64,000 bases of DNA from Anaerolineae bacterium. Lineage in GTDB: Bacteria > Chloroflexota > Anaerolineae > Fen-1058. Position 1 is the first letter of the stretch; every line of letters starts with the position of its first letter. Location of the stretch: assembly GCA_035283185.1 (NCBI GenBank), contig DATEUJ010000144.1, positions 17,185 to 81,184 of the forward strand. Reading direction: 5' to 3'. Below are positions 39,370 to 47,427 of this stretch, one piece after another. Under the pieces are notes generated by a model, which made no database searches, was not told the origin of the DNA, and saw only the letters and a list, made by a program, of their open reading frames with translations. The position numbers and the translations under genes were made by a program.

Positions 39370-40264
39370 TCGGATTGGGCAAGATGGGCGCGAACATGAC
39401 GCGCCGATTGTTGAAAGGCGGCCATCGCGTCGTGGTGTTCGATCCGCGCGCCGTAGCCGTGCAGGAGTTGGCCGGCGAGGGCGCGGTCGGCGCGGCCTCA
39501 CTCGCCGAGTTGGTCAGCCGCTTGAGCACGCCGCGCAGCGTGTGGGTCATGGTGCCATCGGGCCAGATCACGGAAGACACGGTTCAATCGCTCGCCGGAT
39601 TGTTATCGGCCGGCGACACTATCCTCGACGGCGGCAACTCCAACTACAAGGACTCACAGCGGCGTGCAGCCGCCTTGGCATCACAGGGTCTGCACTTCGT
39701 TGACGTCGGTACGAGCGGCGGCATCTGGGGATTGGCCGAAGGTTACAGCTTGATGATCGGCGGCGAAGAAGACGTCGTCGAGCATCATCGACCGATCTTC
39801 GAGACCCTCGCTCCGGCGCGCGATCGCGGTTGGGGCTACGTCGGGCCGAGCGGCGCCGGCCACTTCGTCAAGATGATCCACAACGGCATCGAATACGGTC
39901 TGATGCAGGCCTACGCCGAAGGCTTTGCGATCATGAAAGCCAAGAAGGACTTCGGTCTCAAGCTGGGCCATATTGCCGAAATCTGGCGCTATGGCAGCGT
40001 GGTGCCTCGTGGCTGCTCGACCTGACGGCCCTCGCCCTGAGCGAAGACGAAGAGTTGAGCGGCATCAGAGCCTGGGTGCCCGATTCGGGTGAAGGCCGGT
40101 GGACGGTCTTCGAGGCGGTCGATCTGGATGTCGCCGCGCCGGTTATCACTACCGCGCTGCAGCGGCGCTTGCGATCGCGCGAGACGGAGCCGTATTCCGA
40201 TAAACTCCTGGCGGCGTTGCGCAATCAGTTCGGCGGACACGCCGTCAAGCGCGCGGAGGGCTGA
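39354..40264 (+). pseudogene. gnd: 6-phosphogluconate dehydrogenase (short YqeC/Gnd-like type) with a 1-nt frameshift near 40005
   Basis: Frame 1 reads MELAMIGLGKMGANM...IAEIWRYGSVV, then PRGCST-stop. The homologous continuation SWLLDLTALAL...FGGHAVK is in the next frame (ORF 39830..40264). gtggtgCCtcgtgg looks like an Arg codon that lost one base. Confidence 0.75.
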
Positions 40265-41727
40265 TGGCTGATTCGACGACGATCGTGATCTTCGGTGCGT
40301 CGGGCGATCTGACGCAGCGCAAGCTCATCCCGGCACTCTTCAATCTATTCCGCAAGCAACGCCTGCCCGCCAACTTTCGCATCGTGGGATTTGCCACCAC
40401 CCCCTGGCAGGATGCGGACTTTCGCGCGGCGATGCGAGCAGGTGTTGAGCAACACGCCGCGCACCAGTTTACCGCTGAACAATGGGCGGCCTTTGAAGCG
40501 CGCCTGTTCTATCGAGCGGGCGGCTTCACGGAAGCGGCCGACTTCGCTCGATTGGCAACCACCTTGACTGAGCTGGAGGGCAGCCCGGCCGATCGGTTGT
40601 ATTACCTCGCCGCGCCGCCGCGCTTCTACGCCGACATCGTGAATCGGTTGGGCGCAGCCGATATCGTGCATGAAGATGAAGGCTGGCGACGTGTGATCGT
40701 CGAGAAGCCGTTCGGCGCCGATCTGGCTTCGGCGCAGGCGCTCAATCAATCCATTCACCGCGTGCTCAACGAAAAGCAGATCTATCGGATCGATCATTAT
40801 CTGGGTAAAGAAACGGTGCAGAACATCCTGACCCTGCGCTTCGCCAACGCGATCTTCGAGCCGCTCTGGAATCGGAACTACACCGATCACGTGCAAATCA
40901 CAGTCGCGGAAACGGTCGGCGTAGGGCATCGCGCGGGTTACTACGATCGGGCGGGCGTGCTGCGCGACATGTTCCAGAATCATCTGCTGCAGCTTCTCGC
41001 CCTGACGGCGATGGAGCCGCCGGCCGCGTTCGACGCCGATTCACTGCGCAACGAAAAGGTCAAGGTACTCAAGGCGATTCGACCGATTCGGCCCGATCAG
41101 GTCGGGGGGCATACGGTGCGCGGACAGTATCGGGGATATTGCGAGGAAGAGGGCGTCGCCCCCGACTCGCACACGGCGACCTATGCCGCGCTGCGGCTCT
41201 TCATCGACAACTGGCGCTGGCAGGGCGTGCCCTTCTACCTGCGCTCCGGGAAAAGGCTGGCCGAGAAGACAACCGAGATTGTCATTCAGTTCAAGTGCCC
41301 GCCTCACCTGATGTTCCCGCTGCCGCCGGATCGCGAGATCACCGCCAACATCCTGGCGCTGTGCCTGCAGCCCGATGAAGGCATGCACCTGCGCTTTGAA
41401 GCAAAGGTGCCCGACACCGTGGCCGAGATGCGATCAGTCAACATGGAATTTCACTACGCCGATTCGTTTAGGCCGCGCGCGGTTCCGGAGGCTTATGAGC
41501 GACTCTTGCTCGACGCCTTGCATGGCGACGCCTCGCTATTCACGCGCAGTGATGGTATCGAGTTGGCCTGGAAATTCATTGATCCGATCTTGAAGGGTTG
41601 GGCGTCGCCTGCGACGCCACCGGCAGAATATGAGCCCGGCAGATGGGGGCCTGCTGAAGCCGATGAGTTGCTGACGAGGGATGGCCGAGCGTGGCTGCGG
41701 GGTTGTGGGCAACATCCAACCGCTTGA
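40264..41727 (+). CDS. zwf: glucose-6-phosphate 1-dehydrogenase
   Basis: IFGASGDLTQRKL, RIDHYLGKE and the overall length of 487 aa. Confidence 0.95.
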   Translation: MADSTTIVIFGASGDLTQRKLIPALFNLFRKQRLPANFRIVGFATTPWQDADFRAAMRAGVEQHAAHQFTAEQWAAFEARLFYRAGGFTEAADFARLATTLTELEGSPADRLYYLAAPPRFYADIVNRLGAADIVHEDEGWRRVIVEKPFGADLASAQALNQSIHRVLNEKQIYRIDHYLGKETVQNILTLRFANAIFEPLWNRNYTDHVQITVAETVGVGHRAGYYDRAGVLRDMFQNHLLQLLALTAMEPPAAFDADSLRNEKVKVLKAIRPIRPDQVGGHTVRGQYRGYCEEEGVAPDSHTATYAALRLFIDNWRWQGVPFYLRSGKRLAEKTTEIVIQFKCPPHLMFPLPPDREITANILALCLQPDEGMHLRFEAKVPDTVAEMRSVNMEFHYADSFRPRAVPEAYERLLLDALHGDASLFTRSDGIELAWKFIDPILKGWASPATPPAEYEPGRWGPAEADELLTRDGRAWLRGCGQHPTA

Positions 41728-41760
41728 TTTCCTGATTCACGGCAGTTGCAGTTTGTCGCC

Positions 41761-43368
41761 ATGAAGACTGATGAGCGAACACGAGCCTGCCCGTTGTGCG
41801 GAACGTCAACTTCGGCCAGCGAAATGGCCGAGGTTGATTGGCTCACACCAGACGTCTTAGATCGACTGGCCAGTGACAATCCCAGCTGGCGGAGTGAAGA
41901 CGGTGCGTGTCCGGCGTGCGTACAGCACGCGCTATTGTGCACACTGCTCGATCGGGGTGAGGCCGCTTTACACGACGGTCTCCAATCCATCTGGCCGATC
42001 GATCCGGGAGCCGCTTTTGGCGCTATGCCCACACCACTGCGCTTGCACGCCGATCCACGTTTTACCGGACGCGGCGTCACCCTGGCCGTGGTGGATGTGG
42101 GATTCTATCCACATCCCGATCTCACACAGCCGCATAACCGGATTCGCGCCTGGGTCGACGCTGGCCGCGATCCCGTTGTCGAGCGGCGCCTTGCGCCGTC
42201 CGATGTGCCGCACTGGCCAGGCTGGAACGAGCGGCAGCCTGCGCAGTGGCATGGCCTGATGACCAGCGCGGTGGCCGCCGGCAATGGTTGGCTGAGCCAT
42301 GGCCTCTATCGCGGTTTGGCAAGTGAAGCGGATCTCGTGCTGGTTCAGGTGCGCGATCGGGCAGGACACATCACCAATCACACGATCACTCGTGCGCTTA
42401 ACTGGTTGAGCCAACAGGCGGACGCGTTGGGCATCCGCGTGATCAATCTATCGGTTGCGGGCGAGCCTGTTTCGCCATTGAAGGGAAATCTTGTCGATGA
42501 AGCCGTCACGCGGCTGGTCGATCAAGGTATCACCGTGATCGCGGCCGCGGGCAACGACGGCAGACGTCGCTTGATTCCACCGGCAACCGCGCCGGCCGCG
42601 CTAACGATCGGCGGACTGGATGATAAGAACACGTTCGATCACAAAGAGGTCGAACTGTGGCACAGCAACTACGACGAGGCCGTTAACGGTGCATTGAAGC
42701 CGGAACTGGTTGCGCCGAGCCTGTGGGTCATCGCGCCCGTCTTGCCGGGATCGGATGTCGCGCTTGAGGCCGAGCAATTATTCGCTCAGCGGGGCCACGG
42801 TCGTATTCACGTCGAAGAACGGCTGGCCGAGCTGAAGATGGTCACGCCCCATTATCGGCACGTGGATGGTACGAGCTTTGCCGCGCCGATCGTGGCCAGC
42901 GTGGTCGCCTGTATGTTGCAGGCCATGCCGTCACTCACGCCCGATCAAATTCGTCATCTGCTCATCAAGACTGCGCAGTTCATTCCTGGCGCGTCACTGG
43001 AACGACAAGGCGCCGGCGCGGTCAATGCAGGTCCAGCGGTGACACAAGCCTTGGCGGCTCCGCATCATCAACGCTTCACGCAGACGCGTTGGCCGCAAGT
43101 CACATCCACCGAGGTGACATTTCAGCTGTATGACAATGAGGCGCATTCGGTGCAGATCATTGGCAGTTGGAACGGTTGGCAAGTCCCCGGCTTGGCTGCT
43201 GTTGAAATCAAGCGCGGCCTATGGCAGGCTCATCTGCCAGGATTAGAAGCGGGCACGTATGCCTACAAGTTCTTGCTCGACGGTGAGCGGTGGTTGACCG
43301 ATCCCGCCAACCCGACGCGTATTCCCGATCATTTCGGTGGCTGGAACAGTGTTCTGCAGTGCCTTTGA
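41761..43368 (+). CDS. subtilisin-like S8 serine protease with N-terminal Cys4 ribbon and C-terminal CBM48-like domain
   Basis: CPLCG...CPAC at the N-terminus. VAVVDVG (Asp), HG (His) and GTSFAAPIVAS (Ser). C-terminal IIGSWNGW...YAYKFLLDGERW. Confidence 0.75.
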   Translation: MKTDERTRACPLCGTSTSASEMAEVDWLTPDVLDRLASDNPSWRSEDGACPACVQHALLCTLLDRGEAALHDGLQSIWPIDPGAAFGAMPTPLRLHADPRFTGRGVTLAVVDVGFYPHPDLTQPHNRIRAWVDAGRDPVVERRLAPSDVPHWPGWNERQPAQWHGLMTSAVAAGNGWLSHGLYRGLASEADLVLVQVRDRAGHITNHTITRALNWLSQQADALGIRVINLSVAGEPVSPLKGNLVDEAVTRLVDQGITVIAAAGNDGRRRLIPPATAPAALTIGGLDDKNTFDHKEVELWHSNYDEAVNGALKPELVAPSLWVIAPVLPGSDVALEAEQLFAQRGHGRIHVEERLAELKMVTPHYRHVDGTSFAAPIVASVVACMLQAMPSLTPDQIRHLLIKTAQFIPGASLERQGAGAVNAGPAVTQALAAPHHQRFTQTRWPQVTSTEVTFQLYDNEAHSVQIIGSWNGWQVPGLAAVEIKRGLWQAHLPGLEAGTYAYKFLLDGERWLTDPANPTRIPDHFGGWNSVLQCL

Positions 43369-43409
43369 AACCGGCCCACGCCCCTAGCTGGGTTGACTCC
43401 GGCGACGAA

Positions 43410-44282
43410 TTACTGGTTGAGCGACCAGTCGTAGCGGAGGAACAGGACTTTGGGGCGGCTGCGTAACACGAACTCACGGCAGCCTTCATCGTCGAGGTAA
43501 TCGGCGATGTATTCCAACAGCGGTGTCTTGTCGCCCATGCCCAGGGGACGCCCGCCGAAGTCCGGCGCATACCAGCGAAAGATCTGTGACAACCGTATTT
43601 CACCGGCACTCCGGTTAACTTCGACGCCGCCATTATTGATGAAAGCGCGCGCTGCCAAATCGAGTTGCGCGTCGATGCGCTCGGCATCGTACACGCCGAT
43701 CGGCGGACACGATCGCGCCGCGCACACCAGCGCGAAGTGGATGCGTGGATCGAGCCGTTCCAGGCTGTAGGCCAGGCGCGGATCGCGCGGCCCGAAGTGC
43801 GGGCCGGGTATCGCCGGGTGTCCCCGGTTGCCGCGCAGAATGCCGTATTCGATGTCGAACGAGCAGTACCGCCGCCCGCCGATGTCGTAGGCCGCCCGCC
43901 AGAAGAAGCCTGGCGCCTCGTTGACCGAGCGCCGCACGCCCAAGCGGATCACGGCATCGACGATCAGCGCATTGTACAGGTTGATCCAGAAGGCCAGTCG
44001 CTCCTCTCGGCGAGAAAGCATCGCCGGATCGAAGCTTCTCAGGCGAGCAGCACACTGCCGGTACTCGGCATAAACCGGGCTGGAGCGAAGCCGGGCATAA
44101 TCCACACGGCCATGCTCCACATCGAACCCTTCAGCCTTCGGCGCATTGATGATCCGTCGCAGGTCGGCTGCAACCGGTTCAGACGCCGCCGCGTCCGGTG
44201 GCTCCAGGTCGCGATTGAGAGCGAAATCAGGCGGGACGCCGTAACGCAGCAGAATGAGACGGTGAATCAGGCGCATATACAA
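43410..44282 (-). CDS. DUF547 domain protein
   Basis: FWINLYNALIVDAV and HFALVCAARSCPPI are DUF547 hallmarks as I recall them. Confidence 0.65.
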   Translation of the reverse strand: MYMRLIHRLILLRYGVPPDFALNRDLEPPDAAASEPVAADLRRIINAPKAEGFDVEHGRVDYARLRSSPVYAEYRQCAARLRSFDPAMLSRREERLAFWINLYNALIVDAVIRLGVRRSVNEAPGFFWRAAYDIGGRRYCSFDIEYGILRGNRGHPAIPGPHFGPRDPRLAYSLERLDPRIHFALVCAARSCPPIGVYDAERIDAQLDLAARAFINNGGVEVNRSAGEIRLSQIFRWYAPDFGGRPLGMGDKTPLLEYIADYLDDEGCREFVLRSRPKVLFLRYDWSLNQ

Positions 44283-44357
44283 GAGACGCTCTTCGGCATG
44301 GATTCCTTACCCGCCGGGTAAGACCGCGCCGCTTCATCGCGTCTGTATGGCAAGACT

Positions 44358-45293
44358 ATGCCCCTGTCCAAGATCGTCGCGCTCGCGCGGCTGGCACGCC
44401 CGCACTTCCTGATCGGCACCAGTATCGCGTACCTCGTCGGTGCGCTGATGGCCCGGCGCGAAACCGGCACGTGGAACTGGACGGCGTTTGGCATCGGCCT
44501 GCTCGTCGTCTGGTCTGCCCAACTGGCCGCGCAGTTTTTCAACGAGTATTACGACCAGCCAACCGATCGGGCCACTCACCATCGCACTCCGTTCAACGGC
44601 GGCAGCGGCATGTTGATAGGTGGGAGAATGAAGCCCGAAGCCGCGCGATGGGCCGGGCGCGCGATGCTATTGCTTTCGACGGCGCTCTTTGTCGGCTCCA
44701 GCATATTGCCGTCGTTCAGTGTGGTGACGGCGATCATCTTCGGACTAGCGCTGATCGGCGCAGTCGGCTATTCAGCTCCGCCGTTATCGCTGGTCAACCG
44801 TGGCATGGGAGAGTCAGGCACTGCCATCATCGGCGCGCTGCTTGTGCCGCTGTTCGGCTACAACTTGCAGACCGGACAGGTCAGCTTGAAGTTACTTCTC
44901 ACCTGTCTGCCGTTCGCTGCGCTGATCTTCGCCAACATGCTCAACGTGGCCTTCCCAGACTACGACGCCGATCGCGTAACCGGCAAGCGCACGCTGGTGG
45001 TGATTCTCGGCCCGGATCGCGCGGCCCGGGTGTACGGTCTGCTGCTCATCGTAGGCTACGTCGCGCCGTGGCTTACGCTAGGCTGGGGATTGCCGCTCAT
45101 CGTGTTGCTGGCCGAGGCCGCGACGCTGCCGCTGGGGCTGCTCAGCCTCCGCGAAGTGCGGCGCGGCGGTTATCGGACGCCGGAGCGCTTCTGGCGAAAT
45201 ACACGGCTTGGTGTCAGCGCGGTCATGGCAGTAGGTGTGGCGGAAGCGATCGGTTTCTTGATCGCCGGTAGCGCTGCCCCAGCGGGTATATGA
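44358..45293 (+). CDS. UbiA-family prenyltransferase
   Basis: About 8-9 TM segments. NEYYDQPTDR and FPDYDADRVTGKRT are Asp-rich motifs. Confidence 0.75.
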   Translation: MPLSKIVALARLARPHFLIGTSIAYLVGALMARRETGTWNWTAFGIGLLVVWSAQLAAQFFNEYYDQPTDRATHHRTPFNGGSGMLIGGRMKPEAARWAGRAMLLLSTALFVGSSILPSFSVVTAIIFGLALIGAVGYSAPPLSLVNRGMGESGTAIIGALLVPLFGYNLQTGQVSLKLLLTCLPFAALIFANMLNVAFPDYDADRVTGKRTLVVILGPDRAARVYGLLLIVGYVAPWLTLGWGLPLIVLLAEAATLPLGLLSLREVRRGGYRTPERFWRNTRLGVSAVMAVGVAEAIGFLIAGSAAPAGI

Positions 45294-45311
45294 CCGGCGA
45301 GGAAGACGCAC

Positions 45312-46385
45312 ATGCGAAGGCTCTTTCTTCTGTCAATAGCTGTTCTCACCGCGTGCGCACCGGCGACGCCTGCGCCGGCTACATCGATGCCGCGCGTCAC
45401 GGATGCGGAGACGCCTCTGCCTCCCGCATCCCTCGCGCCCAACGATTCCATTGCGCCGGCTGACCAACCCTCTGTTGCTCCCACTACTCCGCCGGTAAAG
45501 AAGAACGTCCGCCTGCCGGACACGAACGAATACTACTTCTCCCAGTTGCTCGCCTTCGATGGCATCCCGCCCGTGTACGATCCGAAGTTCATGGCGGCGA
45601 ATGAAGCGCCGCTGATCGACGACGAACTCGTCATCGGCATCACGCTTGACGGCCAGGCCAAAGCCTATCCCGTCACCGTCCTGAGCTATCGCGAGATGGT
45701 CGACGACGAGCTGGCCGGCATTCCTATCCTCGTCACCTGGTGACCGCTGTGCTACACCGGTCTCGTGCACGACCGGAGGATTGATGGAACGCCCCATACG
45801 TTCGGGAACGCGGGCGCGCTGTTCATGAACGCAATGACGTGGTACGACCACGAGACGCGATCGATCTGGTCGCAGCCGTGGGGGCGGGCGATCCAGGGGC
45901 CGCTCAAGGGCGTCGAGCTATTCCTGCTGCCGTCACAGGTCACCACCTGGGCGAACTGGAAGAACGAGTACCCCGAAACCCTGGTCATGGTCAACGACGC
46001 CGAGTTGTTTGGGCTGCGTCAGGGGTTCAGTCCGAATTTCGTCATCGGCCTCCTGCTGGATGGACGTGCGAAGGCGTACAGATACGCCGACGTGACCGCT
46101 GCCGGTGTCGTGAATGACACCCTGGGCGACGTCCCGATCGTCGTGTGGGCCGCCGATGAGAACTTCCAGGCTTACATCCGGCAGGCCGATGGGCGCACGC
46201 TGACATTCAACGCCGAGGGTGATAGACTGATCGACGTCGAGACAGGCTCGACTTGGGATGTCGGGCGAGGGCTGGCGACGGCGGGATCTCTGCGAGGGCA
46301 GGCGCTTCAACCGGTGCCTGGGTCGACCGCCTACGACTGGGCCTGGCTCGATTTCTATCCCGATTCGGAGTTCTATGCCCCATAA
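45312..46385 (+). CDS. DUF3179-family lipoprotein with in-frame TGA (putative Sec144) replacing the first Cys of the CPLC motif
   Basis: Lipobox VLTACAP. ...GIPILVTW-TGA(45741..45743)-PLCYTGLVHDRRIDG... continues in the same frame. The Cys paralog at 57488..58732 reads ...GVPLTVTFCPLCNTAIAFERTVDG... and aligns on both sides of the TGA. Confidence 0.75.
45757..45776 (+). promoter_or_regulatory. candidate SECIS hairpin CCGGTC-TCGTGCAC-GACCGG
   Basis: Perfect 6-bp stem starting 13 nt after TGA 45741..45743. Confidence 0.45.
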
Positions 46386-46414
46386 CGTGGCCTGCCTTCA
46401 TTCCTGCGCGTTCA

Positions 46415-46501
46415 GTAGATCACGATTTCGTAGTGACGACTTCAGTCGTCCCAGCAAAGAGGCGACTAAAGTCGCTACTACGAGTCAAAGCCGTGATCTA
46501 C
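46415..46501. other. 87-nt multi-stem structured intergenic element (possible ncRNA or REP/MITE-like element)
   Basis: P1 is GTAGATCACG/CGTGATCTAC (10 bp). P2 is TCGTAGT/ACTACGA (7 bp). P3 is the hairpin GACGAC-ttca-GTCGTC. P4 is the hairpin GCGAC-taaa-GTCGC. All stems are perfect. Confidence 0.5.
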
Positions 46502-46572
46502 TGAGATTCGTGAAGATTCGCGTCTTTCGCGGATAAAGATAGGCACGATCACCGGCGACGCCCGAGGTGGTG

Positions 46573-47274
46573 ATGATGGATCCCGAACTGCTCGCGCGCT
46601 ACAATTACGACGAGTTTGTCACTGTCAAATTTGAGCCGTGGCTCAACTTCGAGGCCAGCCCGCCGCTCGGCCATCCGGCGCCCGACTTTCCACTGTGGCG
46701 CCTGGATGGTAGCGAGACGCCCTTTAGCGAAGTCTGGTCGCACCACACATATACCATCGTCGAGTTCGGCAGTTTCACCTGACCATACTGTGGGATGGCG
46801 GCGCCATCCATGAACGCGATCGCCGAACGTCACAAGGAGCGCGGCGTCGGTTCGATCTTTCTCTACACACATGAGGCGCATCCAGGCGAGTATTACCCGC
46901 ACCACACGTCGATGGAACAGAAACTGCGGCACGCCCGCGACCTGCGCGACAAACTCGGCGTGACGCGCCCGATCCTGGTCGATGCACTCGACGGCGCATG
47001 CCACCGCGCTTATGGATCGATGCCGAATATGAGTTGGATTCTCACTCGATCGGGCGTGCCGATTTACAAATCGGACTGGACGGACGCGCGAAGTGTCGAG
47101 AACGCGATCGATTACTTTCTGGATGTGAACGAGCGGCGGCGTTCCGGTGAACGGCAGGCCCCATTTCGCGTCGAACGCCTCGATTTCCGAACGCAAGACC
47201 GTGAAGCCTTCTACAAGGGCCTGGAGCGCAACGGTCCGAAGGCCGTGCGGGAGTATCGAGAAGCGTTCGGCTAG
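46573..47274 (+). CDS. iodothyronine-deiodinase-like thioredoxin-fold protein with in-frame TGA (putative Sec70)
   Basis: ...YTIVEFGSFT-TGA(46780..46782)-PYCGMAAP...IFLYTHEAHPGE. The deiodinase family signature is FGSxT(U/C)Pxx ... Y(I/V)xEAHP. Confidence 0.72.
46793..46809 (+). promoter_or_regulatory. candidate SECIS hairpin GGATGGC-GGC-GCCATCC
   Basis: Perfect 7-bp stem (or 6 bp with a 5-nt G-rich loop), starting 10 nt after TGA 46780..46782. Confidence 0.5.
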
Positions 47275-47427
47275 GCCCTGTCGATTTCCTGCGAACTGTG
47301 CTATCCTTAGCGCTTATCCGAAAACGCAGACGGGCCGCTTCGCGCCATGCCCGTTCAGAGCAGCACATGGGGATGCGCGGCTACGAGGTTTTCGGATAGG
47401 CTCTTAATCCCGATCCAGGCCCCGCAG

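Noticed and set aside
46415-46501. Structured element with a 6-bp stem and TTCA loop as a possible tRNA-Sec (selC).
   Set aside because: The helices are nested rather than forming a cloverleaf. There is no TTCGA T loop and no 8/5 acceptor/T arrangement. A 7-nt anticodon loop around TCA would need a mismatched closing pair.
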